From contig NC_045705.1 of assembly GCF_009834535.1 (NCBI RefSeq), positions 32,426,001 through 32,490,000 on the forward strand: a stretch of DNA of 64,000 bases, read 5' to 3'. A program made the translations under genes and the position numbers. Origin of the DNA: Camelus ferus (taxonomy: Eukaryota). The notes beneath the pieces are model-generated. The model made no database searches. It was not told the origin of the DNA and saw only the letters and a program-made list of their open reading frames with translations. Positions 38,428 through 52,079 of the stretch are shown here, one piece after another; position 1 is the stretch's first letter; each line of letters opens with the position of its first letter.

Positions 38428-39331
38428 TTACGTGTAGTTCTATTCTGTAAGAAAATGATGAAAATGCATTTTGGCTCTCACAAATTTAATTTTGTCTCCA
38501 AAGTGCCTGCCTCTATAAGAAAATGACACCTGGCATGAAGGACATTGATGACAAGTGAAAATTTACAAAATTTAATTTAAGCCTTCTTTAAAACTCCTCA
38601 TTTTTAGATATAAAAGAAGTGAATTACAAGAAGATCTCAAATGAGCTCTGCTATTACCTATGTAACTAATCCACAAAAGCACTATGATATAAGCAGAGAT
38701 AGACAAAGATTATGAGATGGGATTCTGACCACCAAAGATGATGTCATGATCCTCTTAAAAGTGCCTAAATTTCTGGCCCCTTCTGATGCCTCCTTATCAG
38801 CACCATGGAAGGAGATCATCAGTGGACTCACTCAACTGCGAGACCCAGAGCACAGAGAACTACATCTTGCCTGCGTGGAGCAGTTAGAAGACATTGTAGA
38901 TTATATGCTGATTTTTTTTCTTATGCATATTATGCTTATATACTTATTTATGTGTTGTTATATAAATTTCTATAAAAATGATATGCCTAATATTTTCTAT
39001 ATTTAATTATTTAATATATCAATTATAGTTATGCATATATAAATATATATATGTATATACCCACATACACACATACATAGATAAGATAAAATTTAACATG
39101 TAGATAACCACAATTACCTATTGGTCTGGAATACTTTTTCTTATCCTTTATATAATTATATATATATATACATACATATATATAAACTGTTATGGTTTTC
39201 TAAATCCAGTTTCCATTCATTAAATAGTTTTTGTTACTTAGGCTTTTTATTCTAATATATCCTGCTTTTTTAAGAAAATATATATATCCAAAATAGAATA
39301 GAGCTCTCCCATATTCTATATTTAGTCAAGA

Positions 39332-39695
39332 TTAAGTATATTTTTAGGAATAAAGATATAAACACAATGATAAGATTTGGTTTATCTACATCAATTCTAT
39401 TGATTTATTTTAATTAATATACTTAAGTATATTTTTAGGAATAAAGATATAAACACAATGATAAAATTTGGTTTATCTACATCAATTCTATTGATTTATT
39501 TTAATTAATATACTTAAGTATATTTTTAGGAATAAAGATATAAACACAATGATAAAATTTGGTTTATCTACATCAATTCTATTGATTTATTTTAATTAAT
39601 ATACTTAAGTGTATTTTTAGGAATAAAGATATAAACACAATGATAAAATTTGGTTTATCTATGTCAATTCTATTGATTTACTTTAATTAATATAC
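39332..39695. repeat. Tandem repeat, 4 x 91 bp, AT-rich
   Basis: Units start at 39332, 39423, 39514 and 39605. Copies 2 and 3 look identical; copies 1 and 4 carry a few substitutions. Confidence 0.95.
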
Positions 39696-40039
39696 TTCAG
39701 TTGCCACAAAAGGGAAGTGGTTGGCATTAGCCCAAACTGCTTTTAAAATATGTTTCTGTCATTTATTGATTTATTGACTTTGGTAAAGTAATTTATATTC
39801 TCTCAGACAGAGCATAATTACACCTACATCACACAATTTCTTATATGCTTCTTAGCCACTACCAAAATACTTGCCAAAATGTATTAGTTCTTTCAGCAAT
39901 AATATTAAATCTAGGTATTTCAAAACCAAATATAACATTAGTCCATGATACCTGAACTATCCAAAACACTAGCTAGTAACTTTATGTGAATATTTAAATA
40001 GAACTAGAGGAAATTTCTGCTCTTTGAATTAATCCCGAG

Positions 40040-40140
40040 TTCAAGCGTTCTATAGCCATTTGCAGCTAGTAGCCACTGCATTGAATGGCACTAATTACAG
40101 AACACTTCCATCACTGCGGGAATACGTGTGTTGGTTAGAA
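40040..40140. mobile_element. MER3/MER33-like hAT fragment
   Basis: gctagtagccactgcattg...acagaacacttccatcactgc. Confidence 0.4.
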
Positions 40141-41799
40141 AGCTCCCCTAGCTCTCTGACTCATGTTTTAGAGTACCAGTTAAATAAAATTTTCTCAAAG
40201 AAGGATTGTGAATAGTGTTCATTGAAAGCATAATTAAGGAGATGGGATTTCCAGATAGAATTTAGAAATTAAACTATATTCCTTGTTCAGGGATGCCCAT
40301 CTCCTTCATAACTTAAGGTGGTATTGTGAATAGAACTGAATGACAGAGGTGGCATGGATAGAATGGAATTGGATTAAATATTGTAAACATTCATGATTCT
40401 ATCTGATTTAAAACAAACTTTCGGATAATAAGGAAATTCTAAAAAGAAAAGAAAAAGATCAGTTTTTATAAAATAAGTTTAACTTACCAAAAGAAAATAT
40501 TTTAAAATTTCAGCTCTAGAAACCTCATGTCCTTTTCCATGTTTTCTTACTTATAACAAAAACAATATATTAATAGTATGTAACTGAAGACACCTGCAGG
40601 TAAAAGGATTGAAGGTAAATCTTTACTATTAATACACAACAAGCAGAATACTGAACCAACAAATAAAGTCTTAACATATTGTTTTTTCCTCCAAGAGGAC
40701 AAATTTGGATAAAAGGGAGAACTGTATACACATATACATTTTACATCAGCCTCTAATGAGCCCTTACAGCTTAAATGTTACAGAGCAATGCATGAAACCT
40801 TGGGAGGCCCTGCTCTTAAGGGACTTTACATTTTCCCATGACTCATAAATCTCCCTAAAGTCTGTAATTAACTAAAATGCTATAAAGAATTTAAGAAAAC
40901 ATCAAGCTAGGGGGAGGGGATTCTTGAATTCAGTAACATATAATAGGAATAATAATTGAGAAGAATTTCCTCCATAGAACAGAAAATGAGCTAAGTGATA
41001 AGTGGTTAGACATTGCTAGGTTTGTTACAAATTTTGTCTTTATGCAGATGTTCAAGATAAGGAACCCGAAAATGCTGTTACTTTTAAAGACCCTTTAAAG
41101 ACCACATGCACACACAACACACACAAACACAAGTTCCGATGGTTAGGTCGCCTGTCACTAATTTCAGCTTACTGTGTAGAGTACGTTGGAAAGAATTCTA
41201 GAAATGTGTAAATTCAAGGCTTACATTCATCAAACTAATATTTACCGAAGGATGCCACCCTCTAGGCATCATGTTACACACCAGAGACAAGGGGGTTACC
41301 AGAATGATCAAATCTTCATTTTTAGAAAGATTGAATAATAAATGTACTCCCAAAGACACTTAGATTATCTAGGAATCCGTTACTAAAACAGGAAATAGGC
41401 TTTTATAAATCATGGAGAAAACATGGAACATCACTATAGGGAAAAATGGGAAAGATGCTCAAATTAGACCGGGAGGGAAACTGGTAGTATGCATTTCCTG
41501 AGGGCTTTTGTCAGTCTTGGTACCTGGAATGTTGAATTTTAATAAATAGGCTGCTGAAAACAACTGGAAAATTAGAGGGAGGCATGTAACAGAAGTTTTC
41601 ATATATTTGATGTCTCTCAGCACAAAACCAGGACCTGTGAGAGAAGGGACATGATTCTGGTCCCTGACATGGAGTGATGGTGGGTACATGGAGAAGACAA
41701 CAACCATGTCAAGATAAAGACACAAAGTCAGATCAGGAAGGGATAAGGTGCCTGGAACACGTGGAACTGGGTACTGGAGTGGAGACACCCAAGCTGACG

Positions 41800-44520
41800 A
41801 AGTGATCGCATATCAACGTGAGATGCTGGTTGATTTCTAAACTGCATCTACTCATTAAGGTGAGATTCCATAACGCTAGATCATAACAGCTACCAGGGAA
41901 AAAGAAGCCACCAGGGATCTGCATGATGAAAACCACCAGTTTACACAGGGTTGGGACACATTCAAGTTCTGTCATATCTTAGTGAGGAATCTCACTGAAT
42001 CTCTAGGGCTTTCAGTGGAGACAGCAGAAGAGAGGACTGACCCCAGAGGAAAGGATGAACTGTACTCCACTCTAACAAAACTCCACATTAGCTCACAAAA
42101 GGATTAAGCAGACTTGCAAGTAGATAAATTTCCTGCCAAAACAAAGCTCAACACTGTTTGAAAAAAGATTTAAAATTCTGGACTCAACTGAAAAATGGTC
42201 ACAATGTCCAACATCCAAAGAAATATTTATATGCATGTTGAAGAAGAAGGAATATTTTATGCATAACCATTGACATTATGAAACATTAATAAATATTAAC
42301 ATTATGAAAAATAAATCATCATATCTGGACCCAGGAAAACCAGAGATGATAGAATTGGCAGATAAGAACTTTAAAACAGTGATAAACATTTCTAAGAATT
42401 CCAAGGCAAACATGAACATTAAAAAGAGAAGAATCATGATAGAAAACCCAATTGAGTGACTAGGGCAGAATACCATATCAGATATGAATATTTTATTGTG
42501 TATTTGTTAAAGGCAGATTATACATTACAGAAATAAATTAGTGAATTTGAACATAAGACAATAGAAATTATCCACACTTAAGTACCAAGAGATTAAATAG
42601 AAAGCATTAAAAGTGTAGACACTTGAAAGACCTAAAAATAATACATACAGGGAAAAAAAAGATAAGAATGAACACACACTTTGTGACAAAAATAATGGGA
42701 TGCAGAAGAAAATTGAGCAACCTCTTTAAAACACTGGAAAAATATCAAACAATAATTCTGTATCAGGCAAAAACATAATTTAGAAACTCAAAGAAATATA
42801 CATTTTCCTTATTTGTTCCTGGTAATGACCAAGTAAGCTTTGCTAAGACATGCCACCTCACAGTTAAAAAACTAATATCTTAGAAAATACAAAACAAAAC
42901 AAGCCTGCAATCAGTGGAGACAGAAAATCAGGCAGAGTCTGAAAGGCATTAGACACGAATGGAACCAGTGATTTTCTCATTTTACAAATTTTATTTTGAG
43001 AAAGGCCTTGATCCACTCCAAATGGGAAACTTGTATATAACACACTGCCTTTCTGAGCTAAAGAACGGAAAGCCAGAATGGGGACAAACACAGTCAAAGG
43101 AAAATAAAGGATGAATTCCAGGAAGGGGAAAGCCAGGGAATGTTAGATTCATACTCTGTGTACCAAGTTAACTGACCCTGAGCCATGGAAGTGTGGAGCA
43201 GATCCCAGTATGCCAGACAGAGCTAAAGATATGAAGTAACATTTGTATTACCACCCAGGAGACAGGACTTGTAGTTTGAGTCAAACCATGTTAATTTTCT
43301 GATAAAATATAAAAGAAAAAGAACAAATAAAATCAACCCTCTTAAGAAGTATATAACAATATTCAGACATCTTTGTAGCATGATATTACAATGTCCAAGA
43401 TAGAATCCAAAATTCCTTGACACACAAATGTACAAGAAAATGAAAGCAACCCTTAAAGTGATGACAGAGAGTGGTTCTTGGTTCTGCTACCTTCTCAGTC
43501 ATCAGAGAGTCTGTGCACCATGGGCTGGGGCTTCACTACTTTATGGCTTCTCCTACATACGCCATCCCCTTTCCCACATCTGACTGTATATGTGGAGCGC
43601 TCAGGTGGGAGAGAGTTTTCTGCCCCTCCTAGTGGTAGCACAACTCTGCTTTGTATCACTGCAGGATCCTGGGCCAAACAACTGAAGCAATAAAACTTCT
43701 AGAAGAAAATTCGGAAGAGCTGTTTTATCCAGCACACATATAAAATTTCCAAAAAAAACTGATTGAAAAATAATCACATTAAAATGGGCAAAAGTTTGGA
43801 TACTTTAAAAGAAGCTAGATGAATGACCCATGGGTACAAAGGAAAGTGTTCATTATCTTTAGTCATCAAGTAAATGAAAATTAAAATCACAATGAAATGA
43901 TTTCCCCCAGGTTCCATTTCAAAATAAAAAAAAAATCTACATCAAATATTGGCAAAGATATGGAGAAAATGGACATCACATATATATTTGTTGGTGATGT
44001 AAAATGCTATAGTAAGTTTGGAAAGCTTGAAGTTTTCTATAAACTTAAATATACACTTACCTTATGATAAAATAATTTCACTTTGATCTAACAAAGAGAA
44101 ATTAATCCACCTGTTCACAAATAAACTTATATAGGAGTGTTTACACTAGACTTTTTATAATAAATCAAAACTCAAATATCCATCAATAGGAGAATAAGGA
44201 ATCGTGGCATATGCACACGGTGGACCGTGTATCCATAAGAACACAACAGAGATGAATTTCAAACTCATTATACTGAATGAAAGAAACCAGATTGAAAGTA
44301 TGTATTGTGTGATTCGACTTATATGAAATTCAGAAATGGGAAAAATAAGTTTAGGGATAGAAACCAGAGCTGCAGTTGCTGGAGGTGGGACAATATTATT
44401 TGGGGAGTCAAGAGATAAGGAAAATTTCCTCCTGATGGGCATGGTCTAGGTTGTAGGGGGTATAAAGCATCAGGGAGATGTCTTTGGTGTTGAAAATGTT
44501 CTATATCTTGATTTAGGTAT
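41800..44520 (+). mobile_element. Old L1 pieces (5'/ORF1 region and 3' region)
   Basis: gagatgatagaattggcagataagaactttaaa (ORF1-like), and acttctagaagaaaa and aaaatgggcaaaag (ORF2 3'-like). Probably a composite. Confidence 0.6.
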
Positions 44521-45199
44521 TAGGAACAAATAAATTATTCTTCAAAATGTATGCATCTTTAGCTGTATGTGAATTTCCCTCAATTCTTGTACATATGGAA
44601 GTTATAGAGAAAGAGGGCATGAGCGAAATGTTACGAGAAGGAAAGTAGTATCTTATATTAGATTTTATTCTTAATGAGGTTGTACTGAACATTACCCAAG
44701 AGTGGTGGGATTTCAGCTCAAGAAACACTACAGTTGAGGCAATTATTAGAGTAATACATGGCATTGCAACAATCGTTGTGGGTTTACCATAGGAAAGGAC
44801 AAGGCAGGTATAGCACTCATTTAAAGATGAGGTTTTAATTTCTTTATATATCTTTAACCCAGTGCCTACTACATAGTTTTATCTGAATAATAAATTTAAA
44901 GAAAAAATCTTATGTGATGATGATAATGTCACGTAAAATGTATCATGAGTTTTGAACTGTTCCAGTTTTACTAGGATAAAGCTGATGTCAAAGTATTTTC
45001 CATTGTTACTTTAATCATCGACTCTGCATGGGAGTGAGTGCATTTATGTAGGTCTCCATAAACTGTACAGATCATTTATCTTATTTTGTCCCTTTCCTTA
45101 AATTGCCTGTTACATTTTTTTCACTAGGGAGTATATAGGATGGCCTGGATAATTAGTAAGCACCACAGGCAATTTAAAAAAAATCACTGAGATAATTTG

Positions 45200-45337
45200 G
45201 GCTTAATCATCTGAATAAATTATATGCTATTTCCTCAGGCATCATCACAAAGAGAGAGGAAAGGCCTATATTCTCCCTACCCAGAGAAAAAGTAAATGTA
45301 ATTTTGGAGAAAACCCAGTACTTCATTAAAGGTGAGT
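45200..45337 (+). promoter_or_regulatory. Putative promoter and first exon of the OR8K5-like gene
   Basis: TTTCCTCAGGC with TCCTCAGG starting at 45232, then CTTCATTAAAG|GTGAGT with the donor at 45332. Same layout as the OR8K3 units. Confidence 0.4.
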
Positions 45338-45640
45338 AGAGAGGAAGGTTGATTTTGATTATCACCTGGGTGTTGGTAATTTCCCATGGTTTCTGGCTGC
45401 TGACCATTGACACTCTTATGGTCACTGACAGCTGATACTTTATACCACAAAAGTTCATTATTTCCCTTTTTAACTGGAGTACTACAGTATTGTTAGGACT
45501 TTAAATCCTATGAATTTACTAGATGTCATATATCCTTTTGATTTCTGAATGTTGAAAGTGCATTTGGATATTGCATGTGAAGAAGAAGTTGGAAATATCT
45601 GAAAAAATCATCGCTGATCTCATCTATTAGAATCTATTAA

Positions 45641-45745
45641 GGTTAGGATTTCTAGATAAAATACAGGATACCCAGTCACATCTGAATTTCAGATTAAACT
45701 TTTTTTCTTAGTATATGTCCTATATAATATTTGATAAGTATAGTT
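45641..45745. mobile_element. MER53-like MITE fragment
   Basis: agataaaatacaggatacccagt...tgaatttcagat. Confidence 0.5.
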
Positions 45746-46661
45746 TTATATAAACACATCCAATGCAATGTTTGAAACATAATGTTACAATATGTACTAT
45801 ATTATAATGTTTTATAAAATTTTGCAATATTTTTAAATGAACATAATTTGAATATAAGGATACAAGTCCTTCTATATAAGGATAAACTCCCATGCATGAA
45901 TATATAGATTTTTTTAGTTGTCTGCTTGTTTTCCCTACTGGTTGCTTACCCTTTGGTTAATTTTTTTTTTTCAGAACAGGCTTTACAAACTGAGTTAGTA
46001 GACTGGCAAATAAATAGAATTATTTAAGAGTTATGGAGAAAGCCCTGAAACCCAAATAATTCCAAACTGCTATCACCAGGTCTGAGGATGGAAAAGCAGT
46101 CATCCTTTTGCGTCATTTTTGTATCCTGCCTGTGCTAATGGTTAGCCCTAAATGGAAGTATATAAAATGTTGCATCAAGATGTCCAAACATGACCAGAGA
46201 TATCCTTTCCCAAATAAGAAGAATGGGCAAGGTATTAATATCACTTTAATATCCTGATGGCAATGCTTTTCATAAATGCCCAGAAATGAGATTGCTGGAT
46301 CATATGGGGAATTGCTAATCAACAAATATGAAATTTAAATTATGCAAGATGAACAGTATCAGAGATCTGCTGTACAACATTGTGTATAGTTAGCAATACT
46401 GTATTTTTCACTTAGCACATTCTCTTACTAGAATGGGCAAGCCCAAAGAATCAAGACATCTTCAGAGGGAAGTAATAACTGACACTGAAAATGGAGACAA
46501 ACTCAGTAAACACTAGAATCATTCTTAGCAACACTGAAAACTTCAGAGTGGTAAGATCGGGACTGGAATTTTGATTTCCTTTGCTTAACTCAGTGTGTCT
46601 CTCATTCTGCAGGAAAACCTTAATAGAAGGTCCTGAAACACTTGACTATTATTTGTAAAAT

Positions 46662-46697
<36 letters not shown>

Positions 46698-46926
46698 AAA
46701 GCAAAACAAAAATCCTGTAAGCAGAATGGGACTCAATGGAGGAACAACAGACAGAATCATCCAGGAAAAAGAGAGAAATGGCTCAGCAATATTCACTATT
46801 GCCTTCCTCCCTCATTCCTATTCCTTGGATCGAACTGGCTAAATCCACACTAAAAACGAGCGATATCTAGAGTCCTGCCAAGTGCCGCTGGTGGCTTCAT
46901 ACTCCAGGTGACATTTTGCTGGACTC

Positions 46927-47494
46927 TGTAGGGGAGCAACTCCCCCCCTCCACCAAAAGTTTCTTTGGCATGTGGATTATTTCCACCTGAAAACCACCAA
47001 GGCCCAAAAGATTCAGGAAGAAACATTGAACTTCTCCCTTATCCCCAAGTAATTAGATAAATGGCTTGTTCCCAGAATAGAACTATCACCAGTGGCAGCT
47101 AAAGAGACAGTTGCCTAGCGTGGTGAGGGAAACTCAGGCAGTGCATCGAGATGAGATCAGTATTCACGCTGTGTACCATTGTCTGTGCATGGCCCAGCAA
47201 ACATCTGTTTACCAAATACTTGCTTTTCCATCTCCATGTGAATTGCCTCCCTCACTTTTGAAATTTCAAACCACTACCCCCAACATCCTTTTCTGTCTTT
47301 AGCTGAAGATGGTATTTAAGGTGAGGACTTCAGTCATTTGGGCGAGTTACTCAAATTTCCTGGGTCTCTCTCATGTATACACAGTATATAAATTTTATTT
47401 GATTTTCTCCTGTTAATCTGTCTCACAGCAATTTAATTCTTAGACCAGCCAAAAGAACTTAGAAGGGTAGAGGAAAATTTCTTCCTCCCTGACA
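46927..47494 (+). mobile_element. Solo ERV1 LTR (MER34/MER39-like)
   Basis: TGTAGGGG...TTTGGCATGTGGATTATTT...TTCCTCCCTGACA, flanked by ACTC/GCTC. Confidence 0.8.
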
Positions 47495-47498
47495 GCTC

Positions 47499-47972
47499 TG
47501 ATGAAATAAAAATTTATACTCTAAGGCAAGTCAAAGAACTTTAAACATAAAAACTTTCCTCTGCCTTTTAAGCTCTTCTCCCCCCTTCTGTGCATTGAGT
47601 GCCTGCATTATGTACCAAACCGCCCCCATCAGCAGAAATACCCATCAGCTCAGCCATAAAGAGCAATGTTCTATCAATGAGGTAACTCCTTAGGAGAGAG
47701 CTTTCCTTTCTAATCTTGTCAGGGACCACGATGACCCATGACCCACTACTCACCTTGTACGGGTAGAGCTGGATCGTGTAAACTGTCAATAATACATCAC
47801 TTAATGCACGTTCCTCTGTTTCAAAAAATTATGTAACTATGTTTTGACCTCTAATAGGTGGACAGTTCTCAGAGCTTTCTGAGAGGCTGTTCCTGGATTA
47901 TAATCCTCAATTTGGTTTGAATAAAATCCTCCATTTCTTTCTTAGATCGACTGATTAAATTTTTCTTCAACA
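47499..47972 (+). mobile_element. Solo ERV1-type LTR of a different family from its neighbour
   Basis: TGATG...TTCAACA with AATAAA and ctgagaggctg as in the 18.4 kb LTR, flanked by GCTC/ACTC. Confidence 0.8.
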
Positions 47973-48742
47973 ACTCCCAGAATTTTCACCTGATAGAGAG
48001 GAGTTTCTGCCTTGGTCCATTTGGACTGGGCAGGCTAGAACTGAGCATTTTATTACATTATAATAATTCTACCCTGCATTTTGCCTGATTGAGTATGTTG
48101 AACTCCAATGACTCCTCCAACTGAAAATCATGCTTACAGGGCTCCAGAGTTTCATGGAGAAGAAACTGAATGTGAAGGGAAGGGAATCCAGGTGGATTAA
48201 GATAAAGCAGGTTCATTATCTTCAATCAGAGTGGTTCCACTTGGTTTTACTGACTTCCTACATAAATTTCATAAAATGCAGAGGTTGACACTTATCACTG
48301 AAATATTTTAAAATTCCAGTGTTATGTTCTTTATATACACTTTTGTACAATTTGAGAGCGCTGCAAGAATTCTCAGACAAAAATGGAAGTGTACAAAAGA
48401 AAAATTGGGATATGATTGTGTAGATGAAATGAAGTCTAACATTTCTCTGTTAACACCTATATGGATTTTTCTAAATCAATGGATATATTCTAAATATTTC
48501 TGATGCTTTAGAATCTCATGTGTCATAACAGAGCATGTGTTTCATTTGACTACCCTTTCTTGGGAAGTAAAAGAGTCTATCATTTATTTTAGTTTCAAAA
48601 TCAGATGTGGAAATTATTTTCCAATGTCCTATTACTAAGAAAACATCCATTCTGTCTACATATATTATACTTTGTGTAGGTGACGCTACATGAAACTAAT
48701 AATAAACCCACTGTTTTTTCCCAGAAAAGCTAACTGGACTAA

Positions 48743-49685
48743 ATGGGCCAACAGAATCTATCATCGTTGACTGAATTCATTCTGATGGGAGTCACAAGGC
48801 AGCCTGAACTGCAGGTCCCCCTTTTTGGGGTCTTCCTCATCATCTACACAGTCACAGTGGTGGGCAATCTGGGCATGATTACCTTGACCCAAGTGGACTC
48901 TCATCTACACACACCTATGTATTTTTTTTATCAAACATCTGGCTTTCATTGATCTTGGTAATTCTACTGTCATTTGTCCCAAGATGCTGGTAAATTTCGT
49001 TGTGGATCAAAATACCATATCCTATTATGCATGTGCCACACAGTTGGCTTTCTTTCTTATGTTCATTATCAGTGAATTTTTTATCTTGTCAGCCATGGCC
49101 TATGATCGCTATTTGGCCATCTGTCACCCTCTGCACTACAGTGTCATCATGTCCCAGAGACTTTGTCATGTGCTGGTGGGCATCCCATATCTCTATGGTA
49201 CCTTTCAGGCTCTAATGTTCACTATTAAGATTTTTACTTTACCCTTTTGTGGCTCTAATGTCATCAGTCATTTCTACTGTGATGATGTCCCCTTGTTACT
49301 TACGCTCTGCTCAAATGCACAAGAAATAGAATTGTTGATCATACTATTTTCAGCACTTAATTTGATCTCTTCCCTCCTGGCCATCCTACTGTCCTATGTA
49401 CTGATTCTGATATCCATATTTCGAATGCGTTCTGCAGAGGGCAGGAGAAAAGCTTTCTCTGCGTGTGGTTCACATCTGACAGTGGTGGTTGTGTTCTACG
49501 GGTCTCTACTCTTTATGTACATGGAGCCTAACTCTGCTCACTCCTTCCATACTGATAAACTGGCCTCCGTGTTTTACACTTCAGTGATCCCCATGCTTAA
49601 CCCCTTCATCTACAGCTTAAGGAACAAAGAAGTAAAAAACGCCTTTTATAGGATCTTTAAGAATCAATGCAAACTTTGTACCTAA
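48743..49685 (+). pseudogene. OR8K5-like: OR8K5-like gene with a single +1 frameshift in a T8 run (pseudogene or assembly error)
   Basis: ATGTATTTTTTTTATCAAACAT has 8 T at 48922-48929 where 7 T gives [23 protein letters not shown]. Removing one T restores a 313-aa ORF with MAYDRY and PMLNPFIYSLRN. Confidence 0.85.
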
Positions 49686-50229
49686 TACCCAATACGGAAT
49701 ATTGTTTTAATAAACTATGATAAAGGCAAACGTTACTTGATAATATTTCTAATAAATATAATTGCATTCTTTTTGGCTCCAGAGCAAAGGCTAATTAAAA
49801 TGCACAGGTAAATGCATTGTTTTGCTTATATTCAGCCAAATGAATCTTCATATTTTAGATCTCAATTAAATGTCACTCCTTCCCCAACATCCCAACATTC
49901 CTTGCTGTTGATCCAATGCTTCCTTTAATGGTTCCACAGAATCCCCCATCTCTCCCAACAGAAACATTTATTAAACTCTATGTCACCAAACTGTGTTTGT
50001 TTCTGCCAGGTTTTTTTTTTTTTTTCTTTATGGCAGGTATCTTTTCAATTATGTTTTCATTGTATTTTCTGCACAAAACAGCAGTGTAAACAGTAATCCT
50101 CTTAAAGAGCAGATAATTGGATCGTGATTTTTTTTTAATTCATTCTACTAGTCTCTGCCTTTGGAGACTTTAATCCATTTACATTTAAAGTAACAATTTT
50201 ACAAGATTTCTTTGAGTTTCTTACTGAAC

Positions 50230-51200
50230 ATTAATTTGGTCATGCCTACAGTCAAAATGCACAAATCTATTAGCAAAGAATAATCACAGAATTATAAGCT
50301 GAATAATTCCAGAGATGACAAAGCCCAGGAAGACATTATAGTTACAAAAAGCCAGAAAGAAGAATCTTTGTTCAACACCTGGGCATCCAGTATAGAGGAT
50401 CTCAGAGGTAAGATCTACTTTAGACTTCTGCTCATACAATTTGAAAACAAGTCCTAAACAGAGCCACCAAATCCCTGTTTAAAACATTTAACATTCTTTT
50501 AAGAAGACAGAAAAAAATGCAACACTTATTAACATAAAAATTCACAATATTTAGCCTTCAATCCCAAATACTAGTTGTGTGTGAGAGCAGGAACATGTGA
50601 TCTCATCCAGGAGATGATTAAAATGGATTCTTAGATGACCACGATGATGGAATTATTGGGCAAGGACTTTAAATTTATTATAAATATGTTCAACATACTG
50701 AATAACTTAATAAAAACACTAACCTTTTGAGGAGGCAAAAAAAAAAAAGATTAAAAATAACCAAATGGGACTTCAGGAGATGAAAATAGAGTACTAGATA
50801 TAAACTAATATTTGCTGAATAAGGGTAACAGCAGATTATACAGTGAAAAAGAAACAGTAACTGCTCTTAAACACATTACAACAGACGTTACCTAAAATAA
50901 AGCCAGAGAGAAACAAAAATACTGAATAAATACCATGAAAATAGTCTTAGCGATCTGTAGAAAAATAACAAGCTACATACTGTACATCTAAGTGTAGATC
51001 CAAGTGGAAAGAAGACATTACATGGTGCAGCAAAACCATTGGAAGAATGTTGGACAGAATTTAAAAAAAAAGAAACCCTATAACCCAAGATATAAGAAGC
51101 TAAAATAATTCTAAGCAGGATAAACAGAAAGGAAATTATACCAAATCACATCACATAAAATGTCTGAAAACCAATGATAAAGAGAAATCCTTGGAATTCA
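50230..51200 (+). mobile_element. Old L1 5'/ORF1 fragment
   Basis: caaggactttaaa...ataaatatgttcaa and accaatgataaagagaaatc are ORF1-like motifs. Confidence 0.6.
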
Positions 51201-51588
51201 ACCTGAAATTGTCAACCTATAGGTTGACATAGGGATTATATGTCCATCAAAAATATTCTTGGTTAATGGACACTGTATTATCAAATATTGCATAATCTTT
51301 TGCTACAAAGTCATTTGTTCATTTGCTCGTGCATTTTGTGTGCATGTGTGTGTGATACATCTAATATGCATATTATATTTTGTAATTGAGATGATGACAA
51401 AGTTATACTTATGTTTTTCAGTGTTTAGTGATGTATAATTTATTTCATTAGACCCAGGCACAAAATATTTTTATTTTTCCTAGTAGAACATTTGGAGAAT
51501 AATTAACAGGTATACAAGGCACCCTCCCTCAGGTGATTAGGTACATTTTTTTAATCCTTGAATCAGATCAAAACGTTAACAAAATGAG

Positions 51589-51683
51589 TCTCAAGGGGAT
51601 AGCAAAACACTTAAAAACATTCTGCAACAGACAATGAGGATTAAAACAGTAAAAGTCAAAGCAGATTCTCCAGTAAGGTGAGT
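51589..51683 (+). promoter_or_regulatory. Putative O/E site and splice donor upstream of the OR8K1-like gene
   Basis: TCTCAAGGGGA at 51589-51599 and a consensus AAG|GTGAGT donor at 51678, about 2.1 kb before the ATG. Confidence 0.3.
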
Positions 51684-52079
51684 AGAAAACACTGATCTTC
51701 CACAATTTCTCAGGACATACAGCTTAAACCTAATCATCACCGTAGAGCTTGAAGGGCGTTAAGTTCTGCAAAACAGTTTCTCCCCTTGCAATGTACTTTC
51801 CGGTCATCAGTAGGACTCGTGTGCAGGACAGATCTGTTATGTCATCTCTGATACTCTGTTCTGTGCATTTAGATCATTTCAGTTTTTCAAATAAACTTAA
51901 TGCTTCAGTTATCTATCTTAACAAGAATCTTTTTCTATCCTAATCCAACTGGTGTCCCTCCTGTCCCACTTTCCTTTCCTCTCTGCTTAGGGTGACCTTA
52001 ATAAAGCAGAAGAATGTCTCTGTGTTTATGAGGATATATTCTGAAGACAGAGTAACTTTTATTAATACCACTTATTTCC

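Noticed and set aside
39332-39695. CRISPR-like array
   Set aside because: Contiguous identical units without unique spacers, in mammalian DNA.
44513-44764. Possible NUMT or OR fragment
   Set aside because: No mitochondrial or OR motif in any frame I checked.
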